This document shows, in pieces, positions 48,830-62,308 of a DNA stretch of 64,000 nucleotides. Each line of letters opens with the position of its first letter. The stretch's first letter is position 1. The DNA lies in the NCBI GenBank assembly GCA_965644295.1, contig CBFFRP010000107.1, forward strand, positions 1 to 64,000, written 5' to 3'. This DNA is from Paraphysomonas bandaiensis. Lineage: Eukaryota > Protista > Chrysophyceae. The translations under genes and the position numbers were made by a program. The notes under the pieces were generated by a model, which worked only from the letters and a program-made list of their open reading frames with translations, made no database searches and had not been told where the DNA came from.

Positions 48830-49753
48830 CAGGGCCTGGTAATACCTACTAACTGAAAGTAGATAGCACCACGCATATAAGAGATAGTGTTGTGCTCCCT
48901 TAATTACTCATTTTTAGTTAAATAGCAGACTACAAATTTTAACTACTTCTCGCTCTCTACTGACACATCAGGATCTTCTTGCAGGGCTTCATGGAGGGTG
49001 TAAACTTCGCACAACATGTAATTGACTCGTAGGAATAGCAACGATTGTAGACGATATGGATTCATATAATCACCTTTGCAAGACTAAAGAGCCTCTCAAC
49101 AACATTAGAGTGTGCTTCAATATGAAGCAAGCAGCGGTAGTTGGACTCTCTTGGTGACCTCGGAGCTGTCCAGAACACGCTGTGCAAAATCAGTTCCTTC
49201 ACTCTCGTCCTCGTTATTTCTGTCGGGTACACCAACCTCCATGGATGAATCCAGTTGCAAATGTCTAACTGCTCTTCTCTCATGGCCTGTCAACTCTCTT
49301 TCATCGTTCCCTTGAATTTTAGCCACTTCCTCCTCAAAATTTGCGCTGGCAACAATGCTTGCATTCGGGGAAAGGTATGGATGCAACTCTGGAAATTCTG
49401 GCGGGCTTGGTACAAATTGATTCCATCTCTTTGTAAGGCCAGCGTAACAATCTGTAACTTTTTCAAGTTGCGTCAAATATTGTTTCAGCTTTCAAAAGTT
49501 AGCTGATGTTAGAATCTGGAGTAAGGAGATACTTTCATTCTTATAAAAGACAACAAATCGCTCCCGTGAAGTCTTTCATTTCAGTTCTATTTAGAGCAGT
49601 ACAGGTCATTAATGGGATACCATTAATGGCCCATTAATGGTAGTCCGGTTCCCGGCAATTATAATGGCATCAATTAAAAATGTCCCGGCAATTATAATGG
49701 CATTACCATTAATGGCCATTAATGCCATTACCATTAATGATTACCAGGCCCTG
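48830..49753 (-). mobile_element. Non-autonomous hAT transposon (924 bp) with transposase remnants
   Basis: TIR CAGGGCCTGGTAAT / ATTACCAGGCCCTG. 8-bp TSD CCTAATAT (48822-48829 and 49754-49761). Remnants SNVVERLFS and YLSPNASIV..NFE. CCATTAATGG subterminal palindromes. Confidence 0.92.
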
Positions 49754-49927
49754 CCTAATATTATGTCTAAACGAGACTGAAAGATATAGTTTTTGCTTGT
49801 CGAAACAGGAGCGAAGAATGGTAATCGAACTTATCAGTTGCCAGAAATACAAGTATCCTGCAACCCTAAGCGCTCAAACGACTGGCCATGTTAAAAAGTT
49901 TGAAAAGAAGAGGCGAGAAGACAGGTT

Positions 49928-50487
49928 CCTAGTCTAGTCAGAAGGTAGAAAAACTTAGTCATTAAATAATTAGATTTTTAACATTACAATGACTAGGTGG
50001 AAGTGGGTATTTACCTAGTCAAACAGGGGAGCATACTGTAGCCAAAAATTCAAATACTATGTATGCCTCACATTTTGTCGTCACAGTCGAATAAAAATAA
50101 GTCGAGGTAATACCAAAACCTGCAACGCGATTTCACCAGGTTTCATATCTAAGTATTGACCAAGTCCGGTGTAGCTCCACAGCAATCTTCATTTCATGGG
50201 CATCCAACCTCAGTATGTAATCAGCAGGAGCATCAGAAAACCGACACTGCCAGCGAAGAATTTTTTTATTTCTGTGGTTTGATACCACGCGGTAATCCAC
50301 GAATATACCATTCAGGTACTTCCGTAGTGTCGTACGTACGTGTTCTTCCAGTCCCCTGGCCTAAGGGCCATAACATCTACGGATTCATAACTTTGATAAG
50401 TGTCCTAGCTGCATTACGAGGCCGCGTTTCCTTGCAGGCCTGATATTTATAATATATTAAATTTGACTAGGTTGAATAATATATCTC
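49928..50487 (-). mobile_element. Truncated inverted relative of the 35633-39194 MULE
   Basis: 49950-50045 matches the reverse complement of ~39005-39110. Right end ATTTGACTAGGTTGAATAATATATCTC matches the family TIR. Confidence 0.7.
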
Positions 50488-50648
50488 TTTTCGTATCATA
50501 TAACCGCCCACTATTCTTACTTTAAATTTAAAGTAGCTTCAATATAGGGTTCATGGACAAACATACTAGTATACGCACTAAAATCACTTAATCAATTAAT
50601 AACTTGCATACTCAAACAATGACTTCCTGAGATCATAAAGCAACCTCA

Positions 50649-52097
50649 TCAGGCAAGATCGGAAACAACGATTTCGTTGGTTAACTGTTTCGCTCCGGTG
50701 ATCCCTTCTCCCTTCGCGTAAGAATGGTACTGCATCCACAATCCCAAAATGCGGAGAGAGAACTGTAGAAATGTAAACATGCAGGAGACGACCACTCCAC
50801 CAGTCGCAGGGGAACTTGCTGATGTGGCAATAAAAAATATAAAACCCAATACTGAAAATATAACGTCTCTCTGAAGAGTCTTAGTGTCAAATTCCTTCAC
50901 ACGCATGTAACGCAGCTTCTCTATGAAGGCGAACATGCTGTAGAGTCCGTTTAGAACCAAAATCGGATGATTGGCCGTAAAGGAAAAAGATACAATCATA
51001 CAAATGAAGGAAAAGAGGAATATCGTGTAGTAGGTAACTCTGTAATGATAAGACATATCTACCCTTATGTGAACACCTCCCGAGATAGCATCAAGCAGAA
51101 AAGTCGATAGGTCAGGTTCACGAGAGTGTAGTAGGTGCTGATATTTACTTAGCGGGTCATAAGCCTCCAGTTTCAGGTTGCGAAGGAAGTTCTGCCTCTC
51201 CAGGCGATCTCGAACTTTTCGGTCCTCTATAGCTCCTGAGAGCTGGCAAATAAGATCAATGCACTTCCGCGAGTCTTCGTCAGGAGACACCACAATCACT
51301 CCCTTGTGCTTCATCGTGTAGTCAGTGTCATCTGTGTACACCAAATGGATCGTGTGGAATCGCTTTATGAACTTTTCTTCTATAACTGACTTGCTCACGG
51401 CCCTCTCCTTCTCTGAAAAAGGATCCAATATCACCGCCTCCTCGTCACGACTCGCGGAATACGAGCTCTGAGATACTAACTTGTCGATTTCTCCCACTTG
51501 CATCGACTTTGCTGTCAAATTCCATTTCAACAGCCTTTCCTCGTGGCTTCCACATAGGAAGGAACATGATGGGCATATATTACATGAACAGCAATTGCAC
51601 TTTATTGAACAGCATAATCCGCACGCCAGGTCCTCTTCCTTCTCATCATGATTCGTAGAGAACTTGTGCATGTCCACGCTATCATGAACCTGATGGTGCG
51701 CACTCAATAGGTCCTCAAGATTGAGAGAAATGAAGGCGCCATCGACGCTTCTGTGGTTCAGGTCCTCAACGTCGAATGTATATGTGCTCTTTTTCTTCTT
51801 TCCACAACACCATTCAATATCACAGAGCACTTGAAACATCCAGCTTTTCACGCTGTGAAAGAACTCTCTCGAATCAAAATTTCCAGACTCGTGCCTGCTG
51901 TAGAAAAACAACCTGTAGTGGTACTCTCCCTCTGCGGTAGGAATGGGCCTCCTTGTTAGGAAGAGTCTACCGTCGCCTTGTAGATCAGAATAACATTGGG
52001 GAGCATTGAGAAACCCAACACAATTAATGTAGGAAACAATTTCTTCTCCCATGCTTTTCAGAGTAATAAGTTCGTCCCCGAATCTAATTGACAACAT
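50649..52097 (-). CDS. Hypothetical membrane protein with Cys-rich patch and ~4 C-terminal TM helices; may extend into the 52134-52466 ORF
   Basis: 482-aa ORF. No family recognised. Confidence 0.6.
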   Translation of the reverse strand: MLSIRFGDELITLKSMGEEIVSYINCVGFLNAPQCYSDLQGDGRLFLTRRPIPTAEGEYHYRLFFYSRHESGNFDSREFFHSVKSWMFQVLCDIEWCCGKKKKSTYTFDVEDLNHRSVDGAFISLNLEDLLSAHHQVHDSVDMHKFSTNHDEKEEDLACGLCCSIKCNCCSCNICPSCSFLCGSHEERLLKWNLTAKSMQVGEIDKLVSQSSYSASRDEEAVILDPFSEKERAVSKSVIEEKFIKRFHTIHLVYTDDTDYTMKHKGVIVVSPDEDSRKCIDLICQLSGAIEDRKVRDRLERQNFLRNLKLEAYDPLSKYQHLLHSREPDLSTFLLDAISGGVHIRVDMSYHYRVTYYTIFLFSFICMIVSFSFTANHPILVLNGLYSMFAFIEKLRYMRVKEFDTKTLQRDVIFSVLGFIFFIATSASSPATGGVVVSCMFTFLQFSLRILGLWMQYHSYAKGEGITGAKQLTNEIVVSDLA

Positions 52098-53425
52098 CGG
52101 TTACTAAATAAATATTGATGACATGCATAACACTCACTTGGTGATTGAATCTTCAATAATTCCATCTTCCAAGCATGACATCTTCAAACGACATTCTTCA
52201 GCACATTTTTTGTCTAATTCTAAAATTCTTTCAACTCTACTTTCAGTAAGTTTTGAGGGAAGTTTAATCTTTTTAACTTCTCCAGACAATGCGGTCTGCT
52301 TTTGCAATACTGAGTGTTCCTTCAGGTAATTCTCATCAGGACTTCCATTTATAGCTGGAGAATATTCTTTATCTTTATAAGATTTTAACAAATCTGTGTA
52401 CTCATTTTCATCCCAATCTTCTTCCAGTTGAAGCTGTACAGTTATTTTATCAATATCTTTCATCATGTTGAATAGAACTAGATCAGTGTGTTCAATCTTA
52501 AGCTGATTATGCAGACCTCTTGCTATCTTCTATTGCCCTTTCCCCTCTCTATCCTCCATTACCCTCGATAGATGACCTGATCTAAAATTTATGTGTTCTG
52601 ATTTACTAGTGAAGCAGTCGGAGCCAATGCTGGAGCTGAAGTACTAAGAAGGTATCTTTTTGTCCCCAGCCCCCTCTAGCACTCGCGTATCGGCATCCTT
52701 TGTATATTTTTGTTCAAATATGCCTCTAATATTGAGACAATAATTATCTTGACAATATGCCGTAGTTGTATTGCAGTAATGTAGATAATATTTGCTTCAA
52801 TTAATTTCCGAAAAATAAGATGCTGACTGCCGATACGTCGAACCTATCTATAGCCTACTCACGATATATCGCGGTTCCTTATATAATACCCATACGGGTA
52901 TACCGGTATAGGCTATATGGTAATACGATCGTAGTACGTTGACCATAAAAGCCCTGATATTAGAAGAAAAGGTCGCTTTTCATTTCAAATACAGAGAGTT
53001 TGGGTAAGCAATTTTCCAATAAAAATCTTTCTGTCTGTACGTACAGCAGTATACTTCGTTTTCATATTACGTTGTACTGTGTACAGGTATCAATGTACTG
53101 TACTGTACAAGGCCTATACAACTGTATAGACCAGTTTTTTTCTGTGTTGGTTTCTACGCATTGTGGTATATGTATGTAGAACCCAACACGTAGTTGTTCA
53201 GGTCTTCTTCTTCTTGTGACGGTGTTACTGTATGGAACTATAGCCAACTTAACGTGACGTGGATTGTACTGTATATACGAGAGGTGATAAACGAAGACTG
53301 TCCTCTGAACCACTCCTGTATATTCATATATGCGCTTGACAGTAATAACAGTCTATTAGTATGTATATTTCTGTCGTCTAACCAGACATTACTATACATA
53401 CATATCTATATATTGTCGAAGAGAA

Positions 53426-54417
53426 ATGGGATCAGGAGTGAGCAGAGGTCGTAATCAACGATCCACTAGAATACAAGTATCAAGAAATTCGACTTCTAGT
53501 GTATCACAAGCTGTGGAATCGACATCATCAGCAGTGCAGTCTCAGAGCAGTCATCCGGTGGCATCGAATGACAGGTTTACTCCCAACAGAAGAAGGTACG
53601 TATATGTTTATATTTCTTATAGTTGTAATTGTTGGGTGATGTGATTGCAGTAGTGAGAACTTTCAGCCATGTATTGATAGCAATGATTCGTCGCCGGATA
53701 GAGAAGAAGCCAATATGCGTGCTCATATGGCTCAGTCGGCGATGTCCCTTGAAATGGATAACGACGATCTCATATTTAATATGTTATACTTTGGACAGTC
53801 GGGCGCAAGTATTCAGTCCATGTTTAACACTGCCCTGGAAGAGACACTTGCTGCTCACTCGACTGAAAATACGTATGTTTTTGAAATCCATATTGTTGAA
53901 TGAATGAATGAATGATTTTGTATGAGTAGGCCGTACAAGCTGCAGCCGGCAACAGAAGAGGCACTTGGACGACTGCGGGTAATGATTATGAATGATGATG
54001 TGGAGGTGGACGAGAAGGAATGTGCAATATGTCAGGAGGATATGGAAGTGGGGAACGAAATCGTTTTTATGCCGGCCTGTGATCACGGGTTTCACAACGA
54101 GTGCATGCAGCGATGGCTCAAATTGGTGCGTGCTTCGAACAATATATTGCTGTATTTAAAACTAGTTTACGTATAATTAGCAAAATTGGTGTCCAGTATG
54201 CCGGTCACAGATCGTGAAGGCGGAGACACTGGAGTCGCTTGAGACAGCCAAAGTTAATCTTAGTGCCCAGTTCCTGAGTATATCTGGGGATGAGGAAAAG
54301 AACGATCACGATGAACGAGGGTTGCGATCGGACAGGTCCGTCGAGGGACTCTTGGCGAGACAAATAGTTGATAGAGTTCTGGATTCGGCCGTCACGAGCT
54401 CTCCTATGAACCTTTGA
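53426..54417 (+). CDS. RING-H2 E3 ligase-like protein (multi-exon)
   Basis: CAICQEDM...PACDHGFHNECMQRWL|QNWCPVCR; MGSG start. Confidence 0.85.
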
Positions 54418-55317
54418 GTGAAAAAATCTTTTGTGATTTAGATTTCAACTATCCTCGTATTGCTACCACGTATACTTTATGAACTACGATATTCAGTAGT
54501 TTTGTATTATGTTCTTTTCGGTTGTATTTTTGTTTTTATGAATAGCACTGCCTTGCGTGATACTTTTTCAAATGTCTTGTTTTGCCGATGTATACATCTA
54601 CCGCGATGTAGATATAATACCATATATGAATCTTTGATATTTTGGTGTACTGTTTATGCAACTTTTGTATCTATAATATGAACTCATTCAAATTCAGTAC
54701 GTAGTAATTTATTTTTGTTTGGTATTTTGCAGCGTTATGTCGAATTGAATTGTCAGGATGTTGCGTCAAGACACTTTGGACATCCAAATGCTGAAACTCC
54801 ATTCACATGATTCATAATTAATCTAGGGAGTACTTTACGAAGTTTATTTGTGTATTTTCTACATGCCACTAACGTAGTTGCGGCTTAAATTGCCTAGATG
54901 ACACTCTACTTATACTCTACTACTACCAACCAATATTGTTTCGACCTTGATAGGGGCGATCTTATACAGTATACAGTCAATTTTATTTAGTTGGGCTACG
55001 CTACTTCATAGCATATCATCATATTTGTATAAGACTGTCTGCTGTCTTTACATGCCGTATTCTACAAGAAACAGCTATAATTCAAGACCTTAGAAATACA
55101 GCAATAATCCAGTTGATGGACTTTCAAATGAATGCTGCTGAATAATTAGTCGAACTGCAATACTTTTTATTTTATTCAGCTCTACCACATATATTGTAAT
55201 CGAAGCAAGTCTTGCCTTGTGTTTCTTCACTAATCTATTCTTGTTATACTAATATCAAGGACGAACTCCAGATGGAGTCTCCACTACCTTCCGCTTGTCG
55301 CTTGTGTTGACGTCTTT

Positions 55318-55570
55318 GGGACTTGACGAATAAACAGCCATCCGGGCTATTGGGCTGTCTGCTGAAGTCAAGCATCCCGTCTGTTCACCTTAAGGGGTCA
55401 AAATCCTTAAGTCAGCAGATGTCAGGTATATCAGAATTCTGCTTGCTCACGACGTTTGCTTTGAGTGATTGAGCGAAAGTGATTACACCTTGGTGCTTGC
55501 GGTAACGCACAAGCAGCTTTCGTATCGTTACATAGTAGGATATCAGAGTTCAACGCCTATTGCTAATAGA
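55318..55570 (-). repeat. Dispersed degenerate repeat, copy 3
   Basis: Reverse complement similar to 10760-11030 and 35255-35510. Confidence 0.7.
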
Positions 55571-55899
55571 TATTAACAACTAACACGCAGACATCTGCCA
55601 CAGCCTCACTAGACCTCTGTATTCTACGAATCAAGTATACACCAAGCAAAACTTCGAAATGAAAACATATTGTTTTTTTTTTATCCTATTATCTGCTATA
55701 TGTAACTATTCACTATTCTACGGGTCTGTTCATGTCAGCCTTGTGCTCGATGTATAACAATAAAATTATGAATGATTCATAAGATCGGTAAGAACAATTT
55801 CAGATGAACTTTTGATGCAAGAAGTCCATAAGTGCAAGCAAGGTATGCTTATCTTACGGTTGTAAGGTAATTTCATAAGTTAATCACTGTTCTAATACA

Positions 55900-57856
55900 T
55901 TACGACGGAATCCATTTCGAATAGAAATCGTTTCCTTTGTCATCCACAACTATAAATGCCGGGAAATCTACGACTTCGATTTTCCAAACAGCCTCCATTC
56001 CAAGTTCTGGGTATTCTAAGACTTCAACTTTCTTGATAGATTTCTCAGCTAATATAGCAGCAGGACCTCCAATTGACCCCAAGTAGAAGCCCCCGTACTT
56101 CTTACAGGCTTGCGTAACAGCCTTGGACCTGCACACATCATTATTAGTGCACGCTAGAAATAGTACGGTAATATCCACCTGTTCCCCTTCGCAAGGGTGA
56201 TAAAACTCCCTCCAGCTTGCATGAACTTGTCCACGTACGCGTCCATACGCCCTGCAGTGGTGGGACCGAAAGATCCTGACGCATATCCCTCAGGCGTTTT
56301 CGCTGGCCCAGCGTAATACACCATGTGGTCCTTCATGTACTGCGGCATACCCTCTCCACTGTCTACGCGCTCCAGTATCTTAGCATGTGCCTGGTCACGA
56401 GCCACAACTAAGGTACCAGTGAGGTTGAGACGAGTTGTTACAGGAAATTGGGAGAGCTTTTCGCGCAGAGCGGCCATAGGCATATTTATGTCTAAAGAAA
56501 CAGCATCCCCTTTAGAAACATCATCTTCCTGGACCTCCGGGAGGTATTTCCCCACATCACGCTCTAGTTCTTCAAGGAACACTCCTTCCGAAGTAATCTT
56601 TCCCTTTATTTGTCTGTCGGCAGAGCAAGATACCCCCAGCCCAACTGGGCAAGATGCTCCATGCCGCGGCAATCGCACAACCCGCACGTCGTGGCAGAAG
56701 TACTTCCCGCCAAATTGTGCGCCGATGCCCATCTTCTGTGTTAGTTCAAGAACACGCTGCTCAAGTTCTAAATCGCGAAAGGCTCGTCCATGCTCATTAC
56801 CAGTGGTTGGGAGCTCATCGTAATACTTAGTAGATGCCTAACACAAAGATAATGAGAAGAACACAGAAAAAAATATATGTGTACCATTTTTACGGTCTTC
56901 AGATTCATCTCAGCAGAGAGACCACCAATGACGATAGCGAGGTGATAGGGAGGACAAGCGGAAGTACCAATGCTCTTAATCTTTTCTTCCAGAAAATCCA
57001 TGACCGTATCAGTGTTGCGAAGAAGTGCTTTCGTCTGCTGATAAAAAAACGTCTTGTTTGCGGAACCACCACCTTTGGCAATGAAAAGGAATTTGTAGGC
57101 CTCTCCTGCAGCCGCATATAGCTCGATCTGAGCAGGAAGGTTTGTACGAGTGTTCACCTCATCGAACATATTGAGAGGTGCCAACTGTGAGTATCTAAGG
57201 TTTGTCTTCGTGTAGGTGTCGTAGACTCCTTTCGATAGATGCGCCTCGTCCTGACCATCAGTCAGAACGTATTGGCCACGTTTACCACTGATAATTGCAG
57301 TCCCAGTGTCTTGGCATCCAGGAAGAATAAAGTTAGATGCAATATTTGCATTCTTGAGAAGTGTCATTGCAACGAATTTGTCGTTGTCTGTTGCCTCAGG
57401 ATCCTACAAACAGTTACACATAGAAGATAAAGAAGAAAGTGTTAAATACCTTGGTAATATTAGACAGCTGCTGCAAATGACCAGGCCGAAGCAAGTGTGC
57501 AATGTCTCTCTATATACAAATCAGCATGGATAGCACATACAAGATATATCCGAACCATAGCAGTGGAAGCCAATAGAGTTAACGCTTCCGGCTCAACTTT
57601 AAGAAATTTCATTCCATTTGCCTGAAATTCATAACGAAAACCACGTTAAATATATACCTGAGAGAAATATGTGCATTACTTCAATCGTGCTGACATGATC
57701 ACTAGTCAGTTTGCGGTAAGGTGTGTTGTCCTCACTGAGATCGAACAGCTCCTGATAGTGAAAGGGTTTGTTTGCACTAGAGGATGCAAGCCGAGGGGAA
57801 ATGCAGGAACGAATACTAACCGCAGAGCGGCGAAGGAGTGATTTACTGCACAGCAT
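55900..57856 (-). CDS. Class I (Fe-S) fumarate hydratase, mitochondrial-type, multi-exon
   Basis: [58 protein letters not shown]. Confidence 0.95.
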
Positions 57857-58262
57857 TCTCGTTCTTCCGATACTTAATATTGAATTGCAAATAAGAGCCA
57901 CAAGATGATATATGCATGTATGTATGCACAACTGTATGGTATACTGTGTACCTGTAGAGGTGGTTGTACCCACACAACTGCCACGTATATACACAAACCA
58001 GCAACATATCTAGAAATTTTCGTTTTTTCGAAGGGTTTTATAGAAAATCGGTCAAATTATGTCAACTGTAAAGAGTTTTTGAGAAAACTATCCCTTTTGA
58101 TATAACTAGATTTCAAAAAATAGTGAAAAAATATCGACCCACAGCGAATCTTCCCAACACTTACTTTGGCGCTGTGTGACTGGCGGTGTCTGTGTGTATG
58201 AAGGTGTATCTTGCTTCCATACAGTCATATATGTGTGAGTCATATCTGTCAGGATATTTACA

Positions 58263-59435
58263 ATGACGGAGAAAAAGAGAGCTAGAGATTATGGCATTCC
58301 ATTGCGTGGTATTCCCGGTGAACACAACAACATTACTGATGTCCCTGGTGTTGAGGTGGGCTACAGTACTCTGAGTGGATATTCAGCTGATGTTAATACG
58401 GGTGTCACTTCTATATTTTGTCGTGGTTCCCATCGTCCATGCATCCCTTGCAGTGCGGGGATATTTTCACTCAATGGTAACGGTGAACTAACAGGCAGTC
58501 ATTGGGTAGAGGAACGGGGTGCTGTATCCACCCCTATTGTGCTGACAAATACTCTTGCTGTAGGAACATGTCATAGGGCGCTAATTGACTGGATAAATAC
58601 GAACTATCCCGATGCGGGGGGGTTATGGATGCTTCCTGTAGTGGCTGAAACATTTGATGGGTATCTCTCTGATATTCGTGGGAATCATATTACACCTGAA
58701 CACGTTTATGAATCTCTCCGTACAGCTCGCGGTAATTGTCGTATTGAGGAAGGTGGTGTAGGAGGTGGATGTGGAATGACCTCGTATGGCTATCGAGCCG
58801 GTAGTGGTTCTTCTTCCCGAGTAGTGCCTTACGGAACCGAAACATATCACGTTGGAGTCTTTGTTCAAGCTAATTTCGGTAAGCGGCACCAGTTGACAAT
58901 AGCAGGCATCCATATAGGTGACGCCTTATCCGATGATAACCCAATGGGTGCACCCAGTTCGACAGACACGTCATGCACAGTTGAGGGGGCTGGGTCAATT
59001 ATAGTTATCGTGGCTACGGATGCTCCGATGCTTCCAGGGCAGTGCAAGGCGCTTGCTCGACGGGTCAGCATGGGTATTGCTCGCACAGGATCATCGTGCA
59101 GTCACTTCTCTGGTGATATATTTTTGGCATTTTCTACTGCCAATGATGGGGCACTTACGAGCGAACCCCCACCATCTAAATCAGATCCTGCGAATGAAAC
59201 ACTAGAGACTCTTCAGTACATTCCGTGGGGACGTATGGATAGATTTTATGAAGCAGTCGTGCATGCAACGGAGGAGGCAATTATTAATGCACTCTTTGCT
59301 GGAGAAGAAACTGTGGGGTTTAAAGGGCATAGAGTGCCTGGATTACCGATAGAAAAAGTTGTTGACATTTTGCAACAAAAAATGTTCTGGTTTAATGACA
59401 TCTATATTCTGCCATTAAGAAATTGCCCGGAGTAG
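58263..59435 (+). CDS. DmpA/peptidase S58 family aminopeptidase, intronless
   Basis: RARDYGI, NNITDVPGVEVG, NGNGELTG, PVVAETFDG, VQANFG, G-SIIVIVATDAP self-cleavage site, SGDIFLAFSTAN, EEAIINAL. Confidence 0.92.
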   Translation: MTEKKRARDYGIPLRGIPGEHNNITDVPGVEVGYSTLSGYSADVNTGVTSIFCRGSHRPCIPCSAGIFSLNGNGELTGSHWVEERGAVSTPIVLTNTLAVGTCHRALIDWINTNYPDAGGLWMLPVVAETFDGYLSDIRGNHITPEHVYESLRTARGNCRIEEGGVGGGCGMTSYGYRAGSGSSSRVVPYGTETYHVGVFVQANFGKRHQLTIAGIHIGDALSDDNPMGAPSSTDTSCTVEGAGSIIVIVATDAPMLPGQCKALARRVSMGIARTGSSCSHFSGDIFLAFSTANDGALTSEPPPSKSDPANETLETLQYIPWGRMDRFYEAVVHATEEAIINALFAGEETVGFKGHRVPGLPIEKVVDILQQKMFWFNDIYILPLRNCPE

Positions 59436-60697
59436 CTTTAGATTTATGATACACTCTTAAATTGAGTTTAATATCTACCACTCATGTGGCATTTTTATAG
59501 GGCTGAAATATATAAGTAAAGTAAGATTCAAATGATGTGCTTTAATGAAATCGATTCCTGTTGTGGAAGTAATACATGCATTGTTTTGGTGCCAAGATAC
59601 ATAGTATCTTACTTTGCGTAGTGCGTAGTACTAACCTATGTTATTAAACAACGGTTCGTCGTGGTACATACATCATACACCCCAATGATAACCACATATA
59701 CTATTTAATATTATTGTATATCATATATCATTACATAACTCACTCAATGAGTGTCTTTCATAAAATATGGATGATAATGAGACACTGATAATTACCAATG
59801 AATTAATGATTAACAACTAATAGACAAAATTGACACTGGAAACATGCAAATGTAGTGGTACTGTTCATTATATAATAGTACCGGAAAGGTGCACGTTCGG
59901 CTATACCACAAAAAACATGACCAATGTCTAATATATGTTGGTTATCAGCATGCTACACCTAGAAGCGCTACTCTATAGTCACTGTTTCCTTGCACGAAGC
60001 AATATGGAAGTCTTTATCAATAACATACATCATTGGCTTCAGATACAAATTCACAGCACTCCACTCAACGAGGCACAATTGAGACACTTGTTGTAAAGGT
60101 TTCATTAAATACGCAACCTGAACAGCTACCTGAACACAATACGAAGCACTTATTGTCACATTCATCGAGAGTGTTTCTGCGGTAGAGGGGCATATCTTCC
60201 GTTTTGTACGAGTGAGCTCATAGACAGAGGGGTAATATGCCCCTATCAAACTAAGGTATAATGATAGAATAGAGTACAGATATATCACCAGCCCCTATCA
60301 TACACTCACTCCTCTCTTAGTTTTCCTTTACCCATATCCTCTATATCATATAGCTGCAATACACTGCTCTGTGCATGTACAGAGTGCATAGCTCTGCCAT
60401 AGCTACTAAGCGATACTGTCGTGTGCTGTATACACATACATACACATGGAACGACCAGCCATGTAGAGATCTGATTGGTCGCTCAGTCAGATTTCAACCA
60501 ATCGTTCACATGATCACACCAAATAGAAAAAAATATCGGTCCAAAAACACCCCCCACAGCAGTGCTCCAGTGGTCTGAGGATCACATATACTTCTAGACT
60601 GTTGCAGTGACCAGTGGTGGGGCATGCCATAGATATCACGGAAATAACCAGATGTGTGGCTACTCAAAACAGTAAACATCATCTTAAGGAAGATAGT

Positions 60698-61476
60698 ATG
60701 TCCCAATATGTTATTCATTGTATCCTTCCTTATGCTAGAAAATGCAAAATCGTCAATGGCAGTGTTGTGATTGCAGACAAATCGGACACATTGCAGGGAA
60801 CAGTAACTGACCGTACAACGAAAGTGAAAGTGATATTAGAAGATAAATCTGTGCAACTCTTAGATTTTGAATCACTTGGAGAGAAATTTGGATTTGAGTA
60901 CTCTACGTACTTGCAATGTCTGCATGAATCGGTGTTTCGCAATATTTTATATTGGGGCTTGGATTCAAGTGCATGCGTTCCTTCAGCAGAAGATGCTGGT
61001 TATAGTAGTAATATTCAGCGAGGATACGTATCCGAAAATGTCTCTGTTCGATATGTGGGGCTCGTAGGAGATGTTGATGTGGGTTATGGCTTGTTTGCTG
61101 ACAGCGCTCTCTCAGCAGGTTACATGGTTGGCGAATATGTAGGCGTGTTAATGGAGAATTCTTCAGCAATATCGTCTGCGTATTGTTTAAATTATCCTTC
61201 CGCGAATAATGGTTACATCATTAATGCGAATGAAATCGGGAACTTGATACGATTTGTAAATCATTCAGACTCACCAAATGCCCAATTCCAGCCGTATGTA
61301 TACGACGATATGGTTCATGTTGTTTGTGTAAGTGTCTTGGTTAGATTTATTTATGTTGTTCTTATGTTACATGCCAGGTATGTGTTAGAAAGGTTGAGCC
61401 AGATGAACAAATTACCGTGAGCTATGGTAAAGCATATTGGGCTGCTCAAAATTATAATCCTGTGGCTATATCATGA
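60698..61476 (+). CDS. SET-domain protein (2 exons)
   Basis: GYGLFA, VGEYVG, GNLIRFVNHSDSPN, EQITVSYGKAYW. Confidence 0.88.
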
Positions 61477-62308
61477 TAAGATAGATAACTCTAACATTTC
61501 TCGTTTGGACGTATGTAATATTTTGTGGCTGTGGTTTTCTTAAATGTAACACTACTAAGTGGATATTGATTGTTCAAGATATCTCGTTTTAGACACTTCA
61601 TTTCTTGATACGATATCTACTATCTACCATTTAATAATAGATATACTAGTAACCAATAATGGTCATGGCATCAATGGACATTAATTGTAATGCTATTATC
61701 AATGCCGGGACATGTTTCATTAATGGCATTATAATTGCCGGGAACTGGGCAGCCATTAATGAAAAAATGAAAACACCTGAGCGTAGAAACATGAATCCAA
61801 TTACATTCCTATTGCTACAAGACAATCATACGATGTGGGATGCTAATATCTCATACTCTCCATATGAAGCCTTGCAAGAAAATCCTGATGTGTTAGTGGA
61901 GGGAGCGTAGTTACGATTCGTAGTCCGGAATATAACTTTATTAGTAATTAATAAGCAGGACACTATCTATTTTCAGCGATAGTATCTAGTGTCTAGTTAG
62001 GTATTATTAGTGAATGTTTGATTATTAGCAATTAGCAGTTGGCGTAGAACTAATGCAGCAAAACAATTTAACTAACTAGTGCTTAACTCTGATATTTGGC
62101 GCCACCAAAACTGCTTGCGCGTGCACATGCAAGGAGAAATATGAGTAAGAGCACAGTACAACATTACCGCTATTTAACATATTAATATCTTTCCCACGTT
62201 ATTTATTATAATCGTTTTAAATTGTTTCAGTATATAGCTGTTTCTGCAATGAAAGAGTTGGGATATTCAACACCAATATTCTTCTTTGCAACACTAATAG
62301 CAACATGT

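Noticed and set aside
59968-60288. 106-aa minus-strand ORF and other short antisense ORFs overlapping called genes
   Set aside because: No recognisable motifs; most are shadows of genes on the opposite strand.
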